Assembly: GCA_964464695.1 (NCBI GenBank)
Contig: CAYXKW010000001.1
Coordinates: 36,810 to 100,809 of the forward strand
Origin: an uncultured Candidatus Saccharibacteria bacterium
GTDB lineage: Bacteria > Patescibacteriota > Minisyncoccia > Phycocordibacterales > UBA5272
Reading direction: 5' to 3'
DNA length: 64,000 nucleotides
Part shown: positions 55,506-64,000 of the stretch, in pieces
Numbering within the stretch: the first letter of the stretch is position 1
Layout: each line of letters begins with the position of its first letter
Notes under the pieces: generated by a model
The model's database searches: none
What the model saw: only the letters and a program-made list of their open reading frames with translations
What the model was told of the DNA's origin: nothing
Translations under genes and position numbers: made by a program

Positions 55506-57233
55506 TTAATGGATACTATTTTGAATTGTTTCTAATAATGGTTTGTAATATGCTTTTGGCCAAACGTTATCTGTATACCTATACCAACTTTCAACAAGCA
55601 TAAAACGAGAAGCGTTATCGTAACTATAAAGTGGTAGAGTCGAAATATTTTTATCATTTGTTATGTAAATGAGTGAAGGTGCAAATAGAAATATCCCAGG
55701 GATTTCTTCATTGAATTCTGTTCGAACAGCTTCATAGGCAGTTAAGCGCTCCTCCTCGCTATTACTTGCTCGTAAAATTTCAAGATTTTTATCAAGCTCT
55801 TTACTAACATAATTAGATATATTTAATCCCGGGTATGATCGTTGTGAAGAGTGCCAGAAAGCGTAAAGATCAGAAGGAGACTCAGTAATTGCTCCGAAAA
55901 GTAAAACCTGGAAATCTCTCTCTTTGATAATATTTTGGTTAAGATCAGAAACATCGTAGATAGCAATTGTTGCAGTCACTCCAATTTTTTCCCAATCAGC
56001 TTTTATCATCTCAGCTACTTTTTTCATCTCATCTGTATTTGCGGTTGCAAGAGTGATTTCTAGAGTGCTCGAAGCGGCCTTGATTGCTTTACTTTTTACA
56101 AGCAGGGTACGAGCACCTTCTGTGTTGTACTCTGATGGGGTTTCTTCAGGGTCAAAAGGGTATGGAGTATTGATAACTTTTCCATATTTAAATAAAACAT
56201 TATCAACAATTGCTTGCTTGTTGATCGCCATTTGTAATGCTGCCCTGACATTCTTGTCAGCTAGAGGTGTTGATTTATTTGGGTTGAAAAAAATAGCAAA
56301 TGTTCGAGGTAGAAGAGATGTTTGAATTGAGCTTGTAGCAAGTCCAAGAGTGCTTACTTTTTCTGGGGATATCCCGTGTATTCTTGTGATATCTCTGTCA
56401 GTTAAAGCTTTCATCATGTACTTTTCGTTTTGGTATGTGAGTATAACGATGCTATCTATGTATGGTCTACCAAGAGTGTAGCTTTTATGTGATTTAAGAG
56501 TGAAGACTGTGGGAATACCAGACTGTGTTGAAATGTTTTCAATTTTATAAGGACCGCTTCCAATTGCGTGTATATTTAAATCACTCAAACTAATTTGGTC
56601 ATCAGTTAAATTTTTCCAGATATGTTTCGGTAAAATCCCGAGGGACAATGTTTCCATGAAAAGTGGGTAAGGTTTTTTTAGAGTAAACGTAACTTCAAAG
56701 TCATTATTTTTTTCGATAGTGATACCTTCCCATTCAATTTTATGAGGACTCTTGATTGTTGGGTTTTGTACTGCGTTAACTGTATAAATAATATCATCAG
56801 CAGTAACTTGTTCACCATCATGAAATTCTGCAGTTTTTTTGAGGATAATTGCATACCTAAGCCCATCTTCACTTTTTTCTATATTTTCAGCCATATTAAG
56901 TGAAATACTACCGTCGATATTTTTCCTCGTTAATCCTGCAAATAATAAAGCCGTAAGATCTTTATCTTGTTCAGATGAAGCAAGTATTGGGTTGATAAAA
57001 CGAGGAGTACCTATGATTCCCTCACGAATTACACCCCCATAGATTGGAACTTGTATGAGAAAACGCTTATTAAAAACAACTAATGCTGCAAAAAATAAAC
57101 AGAAACCAATACCAAACAGTACCCAAAAAGTAATAACTTTTTCAGGTGAAAGCGATCGGTAGACTACTGATATTTTTTCTTTAAAAGTAGTTATTTTTAC
57201 TTTATAGTTTGAGTTGTCCATAGTGAATTTCAC
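55506..57233 (-). CDS. Peptide/nickel ABC substrate-binding protein (family 5)
   Basis: FHDGEQVTADDI, IGSGPYK, VRAALQMAINK, FWHSSQ; N-terminal TM. Confidence 0.88.
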   Translation of the reverse strand: MKFTMDNSNYKVKITTFKEKISVVYRSLSPEKVITFWVLFGIGFCLFFAALVVFNKRFLIQVPIYGGVIREGIIGTPRFINPILASSEQDKDLTALLFAGLTRKNIDGSISLNMAENIEKSEDGLRYAIILKKTAEFHDGEQVTADDIIYTVNAVQNPTIKSPHKIEWEGITIEKNNDFEVTFTLKKPYPLFMETLSLGILPKHIWKNLTDDQISLSDLNIHAIGSGPYKIENISTQSGIPTVFTLKSHKSYTLGRPYIDSIVILTYQNEKYMMKALTDRDITRIHGISPEKVSTLGLATSSIQTSLLPRTFAIFFNPNKSTPLADKNVRAALQMAINKQAIVDNVLFKYGKVINTPYPFDPEETPSEYNTEGARTLLVKSKAIKAASSTLEITLATANTDEMKKVAEMIKADWEKIGVTATIAIYDVSDLNQNIIKERDFQVLLFGAITESPSDLYAFWHSSQRSYPGLNISNYVSKELDKNLEILRASNSEEERLTAYEAVRTEFNEEIPGIFLFAPSLIYITNDKNISTLPLYSYDNASRFMLVESWYRYTDNVWPKAYYKPLLETIQNSIH

Positions 57234-57261
57234 AAAAGGACTATCTATGAAGGTGCTCTGA

Positions 57262-57486
57262 CTAACGAATTACAAGTGGGTAGAGAATGGAGGCAACAAA
57301 CAATATCGCAACAACAATAGTTAAGCGATGCAGAGTTTTCTCTACTCCTCGTTTTTCGAGCGCTGCCCCTGATCCACCATCTGCACCAAAAGCGCCTGAA
57401 GCATCAGTGTTCGCTCTTTGTACTAGAACAAGAGTGGTGAGGAGAATCGCTAATAATACTCGCACAATAGATAGCAATTGAAACAT
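57262..57486 (-). CDS. secG: Preprotein translocase subunit SecG
   Basis: LVLVQ...GAFG...RGVEKTLHRLT, two TMs. Confidence 0.9.
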   Translation of the reverse strand: MFQLLSIVRVLLAILLTTLVLVQRANTDASGAFGADGGSGAALEKRGVEKTLHRLTIVVAILFVASILYPLVIR

Positions 57487-57589
57487 GTAGAATATTCTAT
57501 CATATTATTAAAAGTTCTGCAAAATGGTAAGAAAACAACTTTTTAGGTTTATGTATTTAGTAAATTCTCTGCACCTTTTTATGCTGTAA

Positions 57590-60500
57590 CTAAGTAGCTA
57601 CTTCCAATTTTTTAACCTCATCAATTACAAGGGTCTTCTCGTTATTTCTTGTTGAAACCTTACCGCGGACAACTAAGGGTATATCAATAATTAAAAGCTC
57701 TCTATATTTTTTGTAAGTTTCTGGGAAAATAGCAACCTCAATGTATCCTGTGTAATCGCGTAATTTAAGTAACCCCATCTTGTCTCCTTTTTTTGTGACA
57801 GTTACTTTAATTGCCTCAATAATAACCGCTAAGGAGACCTCTTTGCCATCAGGGGTCGCAGTGTGCACTTTTTCAATGTCGATATTTCTTGCAATAATTT
57901 TTTCTTTCCAAGGGTCAAGAGGAAACCCAGAAACAAAAAGTCCAAGCAGATCCTTTTCCCAAATTAGTTTTTGCTTCTGAGTAGCAGAGGCTACTTTTTT
58001 CATTGTAAATGATGCATCAACACTAATTTCAAAAAGACTATTCTGTAACATATTGTCTTTAACGACATGTTTATGAAACTCAAGAATACTTTCTACGTTT
58101 GCAAGAATTTCATTTCGTTCTGCAAATTGATCGAGTGCCCCACACATAGTAAGTGCCTCCAAAGATTTTTTGTTTAAATTCTTATGAGTGATTCTTCTTA
58201 TAAAATTTTCAAATGATATAAATTCACCAGAAGTTTTTCTTTCAGTAATAATGGCATCAGCAATATCAACCCCGAGATTTTTAATAGTATACAAACCAAA
58301 GCGAATTTCTTCTTTTCCATTTTTATCAAGCACTATACTAAATCCACCCTCACTAAAGTTCACATTAGGCGGTAGGATTGCAATTCCCATTCTTTTGCAC
58401 TCTGTAACAATCTCAGAGATCTTATCTATGTCGCCACTTTCATTTGTTAAGATTGCTGTCATGTAGGCAACTGGAAAATTAGCTTTCATGTAGGCTGTTT
58501 GGTAGGCAACTCGACCATAACTTGCAGCGTGAGCTTTATTGAAGCCGTATGCAGCAAATGGCTCGATGAGTGACCAGAGTTGTTGCCCTTTCTTTGTAGA
58601 CAAACCGTGTTCTTGGAAACCTTGTAAAAGTTTTTCCTTTTGAGCTTGCATTTCTGCGGGAATTTTTTTACCCATAGCTTTTCTCAGTTTGTCTGCTTCA
58701 AGCCATGAGTAACCAGCTAAGTGAATAGCAATAAGCATCACATCATCTTGGTACACAATAACACCGAAAGATTGATCGAGAATAGGTTCGAGGCGGGGGT
58801 CAAGATAGGTAACTAGTTCCGGGTTATGTTTTCGTTGAATGTAATCAGGTATCATTTCAAGTGGGCCAGGACGGTACAGCGCCACCATCGCATTAATGTC
58901 GAAAATTGTACTAGGTTTTAGTTCTTTCAAAAACCTAGTCATCCCAGAGCCGTTTAGTTGGAAGAGACCCATAGTCTCTCCTCGCGCTAACATTGAAAAA
59001 GTTTTCTCATCAGATAAGGAGACGGTCTCTATATCAACAGTGATATCGTAACGCTCTTTAGTAAGAGAAATGGCGTCACCTAAAATAGTTAAGTTTCGTA
59101 TTCCTAGGAAGTCAAATTTAAGTAACCCCGCATCTTCAATCGTGTACATGTCATACTGAGTGATCACTTTCCCTCCTTTAGGGTCTTTTTGAATGGGAGT
59201 AAAGTCCCATAACGGTGAAGGGGATATTACAGTTCCTGCCGCATGAACTGAGATGTGTCTAGCACACCCTTCCACCTTTTGTGCCATATCTAGAATTTCT
59301 TGAGTTTCTCGGTCAGTGTCATAGAGTTCCTTTAGTTCAGGAATTTCAAGAAGAGCTCCTGCAATGGTTACAGGAAAGCCTTGCTTTGGAGGTGGTATCA
59401 TTTTACTAATTCGGTCACCCACCATATATGGATACTTCATGGCTCGTGCGACATCCCTTACTGCACCACGAGCCATCATGGTACCAAAAGTTCCAATTTG
59501 AGCAACGTTATCAATGCCGTATTTTCTTCTAGCATAGTCAATTACTTCATCTCTTCTGGTGTCAGCATAGTCCATATCTATATCAGGTGCAGATGGCCGT
59601 TCAGGGTTTAGGAAACGCTCAAAGGGGAGCTTGTAAGCTAGTGGGTCACACTTAGTAACTTGAAGAAGATACGTAACTAATGACCCTGCCACAGATCCTC
59701 GAATATTCGTCAAGATATTATTTTCTCGAGCATATCTTAGTAAGTCGTATACAACAAGAAAATAAGGTGAGTAGCCTTTATCTGCAATAACTTTTAGTTC
59801 GTAGTCTAAGCGTTTTTTTACAACATCAGTTAACTCAAGGTTACGAACAGAAAGTCCAGAGTAAGCAAGTTCAGTAAGATCCTCGTTATAACTTTTTACA
59901 AATTCAATTGCAGGGAACACCCACTGGCCCAAAGGAATCTCTAGGTTACAGAGTTCCGAAATTTTAATTGTATTTTCAAGAGCCTCAGGAATATCTTGAA
60001 ATTCACTTAAAGTAGAATCAGTCTCAAATGAAAAGTTATCCTTTAGAAAGAAGTGGTTGTACTCATCAAGAGAGTGTTCTTCTCCACTAACCAAGTAAAG
60101 AATTTTTTGAGCCGGTTTATCTTGTTTGTTAAGGTAATGAGTATTCCATGTTGCGACAAGAGGGGTGTTGGATTTTTTCGCTAAAGCAATTGTCCTCGAT
60201 CTAATTTCTGAGTAGTCTTCAAAATTAGTTTGAGGGTTAATTTCAAGATAGTAGAAGTCTGGAAAGTGTGTCTTATAAAATTGAAGTCTTTGCTCAGCTA
60301 ATCTTTCATCAATGAGCAAAAGACTACTCACATCTCCCCACAAGCCACCAGAAAGAATAATTAATCCATCTTTATGATTCAAAAGAATTTCATCTGTTAA
60401 AACAGGATCAACCGGGTTATCTATGTTTACAAGTGACGTAATCCTCATTAAGTTCTTATACCCTGAAAGATCTTTCGCTAGAATCACTATTTGAAAACGT

Positions 60501-60718
60501 CTTTCATTATAGAAAATAGAAAATTCGACACCAATTATTGGCTTAATTTTTTCCTTAAGACAGGTACTAAAAAAATCAATTGTCCCATACATGTTACTGT
60601 AATCAGTTAATGCCACAGCAGACATGCCGGCACTTTTTGCCTCTTTAATTAAATCTGGGATTTTAGGTAGGGCTCTTAATAAAGAAAAATGGGAGTGATT
60701 TCGTAGGTGAACAAACAT
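57590..60718 (-). CDS. dnaE: DNA polymerase III alpha subunit
   Basis: PHP domain (HLRNHSHFS), RGSVAGS, FERFLNPER..PDIDMD, KFDFLG, YGFNKAH, OB fold. Confidence 0.96.
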   Translation of the reverse strand: MFVHLRNHSHFSLLRALPKIPDLIKEAKSAGMSAVALTDYSNMYGTIDFFSTCLKEKIKPIIGVEFSIFYNERRFQIVILAKDLSGYKNLMRITSLVNIDNPVDPVLTDEILLNHKDGLIILSGGLWGDVSSLLLIDERLAEQRLQFYKTHFPDFYYLEINPQTNFEDYSEIRSRTIALAKKSNTPLVATWNTHYLNKQDKPAQKILYLVSGEEHSLDEYNHFFLKDNFSFETDSTLSEFQDIPEALENTIKISELCNLEIPLGQWVFPAIEFVKSYNEDLTELAYSGLSVRNLELTDVVKKRLDYELKVIADKGYSPYFLVVYDLLRYARENNILTNIRGSVAGSLVTYLLQVTKCDPLAYKLPFERFLNPERPSAPDIDMDYADTRRDEVIDYARRKYGIDNVAQIGTFGTMMARGAVRDVARAMKYPYMVGDRISKMIPPPKQGFPVTIAGALLEIPELKELYDTDRETQEILDMAQKVEGCARHISVHAAGTVISPSPLWDFTPIQKDPKGGKVITQYDMYTIEDAGLLKFDFLGIRNLTILGDAISLTKERYDITVDIETVSLSDEKTFSMLARGETMGLFQLNGSGMTRFLKELKPSTIFDINAMVALYRPGPLEMIPDYIQRKHNPELVTYLDPRLEPILDQSFGVIVYQDDVMLIAIHLAGYSWLEADKLRKAMGKKIPAEMQAQKEKLLQGFQEHGLSTKKGQQLWSLIEPFAAYGFNKAHAASYGRVAYQTAYMKANFPVAYMTAILTNESGDIDKISEIVTECKRMGIAILPPNVNFSEGGFSIVLDKNGKEEIRFGLYTIKNLGVDIADAIITERKTSGEFISFENFIRRITHKNLNKKSLEALTMCGALDQFAERNEILANVESILEFHKHVVKDNMLQNSLFEISVDASFTMKKVASATQKQKLIWEKDLLGLFVSGFPLDPWKEKIIARNIDIEKVHTATPDGKEVSLAVIIEAIKVTVTKKGDKMGLLKLRDYTGYIEVAIFPETYKKYRELLIIDIPLVVRGKVSTRNNEKTLVIDEVKKLEVAT

Positions 60719-61372
60719 ATATGCAATAGTGTAACAAAACAGCGACTTTTGCACACATAATAACTTTAGGTTAAATAAATCGCAATATTCTAAGGCAACA
60801 TGATTACTTTTAGTAAAATGCTTAAAAATTTCTTTAGATTTTAAATATTGTGTTAGTTAAAATAATTTAAATTAAATAATATAATACAATACTATTTTAA
60901 TAATTAGATAAAACAGAATGTATAAATATTGAAAAAAATATCAAAATAAAATCACAAAAATGGGGGAATATTTCATTCATCAAGGATCTATTGGATCACT
61001 CGCTTAGTAGTTGCGTATTTCTTACAGTTTACAGTAATCTCTGTAAACATTTTGTTATTTTAAAGGTTTGTATCTATTTTTAAACAGATAAGGTTAGTCA
61101 ATATTATTTTGCATATACGCATGCAATATAAGCATATTTAACTATTAGAATATAATTAATAGTTAAATATTATAAAGTTAATTTTAATTTTTATCTTAAT
61201 TATTTTATAGATAATCGCCTTTGTTTTTATTTAATTTAAGCTATTTATTTTGATCTATTTTTTTTATGATTTTTTTATCATTTTTATTTTTATTTTTAAA
61301 TTTGTATTTTTAATTTTATAATCATTTTTTTAACAAAATAGCTTTTTATTACATGGTTTTTTTAATTGTACT

Positions 61373-61381
61373 TTATCCACA
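61373..61381 (+). promoter_or_regulatory. Perfect DnaA box in a long AT-rich intergenic region
   Basis: TTATCCACA; second copy at 61521-61529. Confidence 0.4.
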
Positions 61382-61445
61382 ATTTAATATGATTTTGATA
61401 TGTACTTAGCTTGTATATTTACTATACTGAAGAGCATAAAACTTC

Positions 61446-64000
61446 ATGCAAGATCTTCGATCACGAATTGTTCGAAAATTGTATATGGCTGTAGCCCTGT
61501 ACCTCATACAAGCTCTTTCTTTATCCACAGTTTATGCAGCTGTTATTAGCGGTGATTTTGTTGCCTTTCAGGATATTAGAACTGCTAGGATTGCTTCTTT
61601 CCAAACTGAGCCGTACTCTCTACACAAAATAGCTTCTAAGTTAGCTGATCTTTTCAAAGGGGTTTCCAGTGAAGTTGCTTCGGGTAAAAATTTGAATAAT
61701 ATAAATGATGAGTACAGACTCCTGCGGTCACTAAAAAGTAAAGGTTCTTTTTCTGGTTATGGAGCTGACCTCAATCTATTAAAAAGTGAAAGTAGGACTT
61801 TTGATGTTGTTGGTGGTGGATTAGTTTCCTCGGCTTTTATTTCAAATATTTCAAACCTGACAAGTTTTTTTTCAAGTGAGGTATTTTCAAAAAACTTATA
61901 TATAAATAATGATGGGAAAGTATCTGCCCATTATTTTGTTACTCCTTTGATTTCAAAACTAAAACTAGAGTATTCAAGAAACTATGGGCCATTTATTGTT
62001 GGTGCTACAAATGTTGAGGCGTACGGCGGAACACCTAGTCGCCAGTTTGCTTTTTTTGATAAAGCTTCTTTATCGCTCTACTGTAAATCTACTTCTCTCT
62101 TTTCTAGCTTAATCAGTGAGAGATGTGACTATCTTAAAGTAGTCGCAGGACTTTCAGAGAACTCCATTAACAATGATAATCTTTTGGCTGAAGTTATTCC
62201 TACTTCAACCTCTACTCAATCAGTTGTTATACAACCCCAGACTATTTACATTTCAACAAGTACAGTTACCTACATTACGAGGTATGTTTCAGTTCCTGGG
62301 GCAGCCGGTAAGGACGGACGTGATGGAGTTGATGGTAAGGATGGACGTGATGGTTCTGGAGGTGTATTTTTTGCAGTATCTAACAGTACGCCTACTGTAA
62401 CTTCAGGGGGTACTTTTACTACTGGTAATAATGTGACTCTTTCAAGTTCAACGTTAAATGGCTTGAGTGTGTTTAACGGTGATGCCATCTTCAACAGTAA
62501 CTTAACAGTGAACGGTAGCTCTACTTTTGCAACTACGACTTTCTCTGGTTTGGCAACATTTAACGGAGACGCGCTCTTCGGAGGTAATGTTACTGTTAAT
62601 AATATTACCGTAACAGGTGTAGCTACTATTGCTACTTCTACTATTGATAGTCTTAAATTGAATGGTTCACTTTATGACGTAGATAATAGCGCTGGTTCAT
62701 TGGGGCAAGTTCTCACTAGTAATGGTACTTCGACATATTGGGCACATGTCACTAAAACTATTATAGGTGGTTCTGCTACTGGATCTACATTCTACTGGAA
62801 CGGTTCAACTTGGATGGAGAATTTAAATGTATTAACAGATGCTTCTGGCAATGTGACCACAAACGGTAATTTGGTTGTGAATGGCAACTTTACAGTTGGA
62901 AGTAGTACTATTGGTAATTTAACTGTTGGGACTTCTTCAATTAACAATGCATTAATTACGAATTTAGATGTTACAAATGCTACTGCAACAAATCTTTTTG
63001 TCCAAAACTTTACTGCAGCTACGGGGACAATATCTGAACTTACTGTTAGTTCTAGTAGTATCTCTAATTTGTTTGGGCAAACAGCAACTTTCGGCAACTT
63101 ACTAAGTACTAACAGCACTTCAACTAATGGATTTTTCACTAACTTAGTTGCGACTGCTCTTAATGCTGTCACTGCAATATTTACGTCTCTTACGGCAACT
63201 AATGCAATATTCACCAACGCAACATCTACCAACCTCTTTTCAACTAGTGGGATATTTAACAGCTTAGTTTCTGGGTTGGCAAATTTTACTAATCTTATAG
63301 TTGGAAACTCAACCACTACTAATGCAATAGTTACCAATTTAACGTCTTCGTCCACTCTCACAAATAGTTTAACGGCAGGAAGTATTCTCACTACTGATTT
63401 TATTAGTACAAATTCTACAAACACAAATTTTGTGGCAACTAATAGTACTAGTTCTAATTCCTATATTTCAACTGGAACAATTTCAAATTTGATTAGCGCC
63501 AATGCTAATCTAACAAATCTCATAAATACTAACGCAACCTCTTCTAATTTGTTTACTACACTTTTGCAAGCGGTAAGTATTATTACTGCTAATTTAACTG
63601 CAACAAATGCAGTTTTAACAAACGCCACTGCAACAAATTTCTACTCCGCAAATGCTTCTTTTGGGGGTATTATTTCTACACTCGCTAACATCACAGATCT
63701 CATTGTAGGAAACTCTACTACTACTAATGCAGTAGCTACCTATCTAACAGCTAACACAGCTACTGTAGGTACTTCTACTATCACAGGTAACCAAACAGTA
63801 GGGGGAACTCTAGGAGTAACAGGTACTTCTACTCTCGCTACTACTACAGCTACTAACCTTGCTGTATCAGGACAAACAACACTTAACACAGCTTCTGCTA
63901 CTAGTATTACTGCTACTAATGCATACCTTACCACTGCTTCTACTACTAACCTTACAGCGGTAAATGCTACTGCTACTAATGCTGCAGTAACTAACCTAAC
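61446..64000 (+). CDS. Giant secreted surface/adhesin-like protein (partial, runs off the window)
   Basis: Starts MQDLRSRIVRK with signal peptide ...STVYA; collagen-like GAAGKDGRDGVDGKDGRDG in the same frame; then N/T/S-rich repeats. No stop seen; absent from the ORF track presumably because it is unterminated. Confidence 0.85.
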   Translation, partial: MQDLRSRIVRKLYMAVALYLIQALSLSTVYAAVISGDFVAFQDIRTARIASFQTEPYSLHKIASKLADLFKGVSSEVASGKNLNNINDEYRLLRSLKSKGSFSGYGADLNLLKSESRTFDVVGGGLVSSAFISNISNLTSFFSSEVFSKNLYINNDGKVSAHYFVTPLISKLKLEYSRNYGPFIVGATNVEAYGGTPSRQFAFFDKASLSLYCKSTSLFSSLISERCDYLKVVAGLSENSINNDNLLAEVIPTSTSTQSVVIQPQTIYISTSTVTYITRYVSVPGAAGKDGRDGVDGKDGRDGSGGVFFAVSNSTPTVTSGGTFTTGNNVTLSSSTLNGLSVFNGDAIFNSNLTVNGSSTFATTTFSGLATFNGDALFGGNVTVNNITVTGVATIATSTIDSLKLNGSLYDVDNSAGSLGQVLTSNGTSTYWAHVTKTIIGGSATGSTFYWNGSTWMENLNVLTDASGNVTTNGNLVVNGNFTVGSSTIGNLTVGTSSINNALITNLDVTNATATNLFVQNFTAATGTISELTVSSSSISNLFGQTATFGNLLSTNSTSTNGFFTNLVATALNAVTAIFTSLTATNAIFTNATSTNLFSTSGIFNSLVSGLANFTNLIVGNSTTTNAIVTNLTSSSTLTNSLTAGSILTTDFISTNSTNTNFVATNSTSSNSYISTGTISNLISANANLTNLINTNATSSNLFTTLLQAVSIITANLTATNAVLTNATATNFYSANASFGGIISTLANITDLIVGNSTTTNAVATYLTANTATVGTSTITGNQTVGGTLGVTGTSTLATTTATNLAVSGQTTLNTASATSITATNAYLTTASTTNLTAVNATATNAAVTNL

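Noticed and set aside
62792-63934. Minus-strand Val-rich ORFs
   Set aside because: Antisense to the Thr/Asn-rich repeats of the giant plus-strand protein.
1-64000. Alternative genetic code 25 (TGA=Gly)
   Set aside because: Long conserved genes translate uninterrupted in code 11, and TGA ends ORFs such as 6778-7203 and 46950-47402 just before terminators.

Overview
A 64 kb chromosomal segment of an AT-rich, small-genome bacterium. Gene content and style point to Patescibacteria/CPR, probably Parcubacteria (inference): short IF-2, DUF4446, DUF5671-like and sigma4/HARE-HTH proteins, a standalone LAGLIDADG gene beside a tRNA, a giant N/T/S-rich surface protein, and TGA used as stop. Most genes are housekeeping (rbfA, infB, clpB, leuS, rnhB, msrA, mltG, uvrA/uvrC, nrdAB, rnj, secG, dnaE, pseudouridine synthases, tRNA-Leu and tRNA-Tyr). 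There is also a Fur/Zur-type metal locus, an ArsR-rhodanese-persulfide dioxygenase-TauE operon and a MacAB-like ABC exporter. No integrase, transposase, prophage or CRISPR array was found. The most unusual features are non-coding. (1) Both tRNA genes are followed by a related structured element containing covarying hairpins, an antisense copy of that tRNA's own T-arm and a duplicated tRNA 3' end; a related element sits in a heptamer microsatellite at 5.4 kb. (2) Core genes look leaderless, whereas scattered orphan cassettes carry Shine-Dalgarno sites and a shared boxA-like motif. (3) A leader-peptide attenuator lies upstream of a GNAT acetyltransferase. (4) Short repeats have invaded the cysteine desulfurase gene in frame. 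LeuRS also carries an intact NUDIX domain insertion. All calls come from reading the sequence and the ORF track; no database searches were run.
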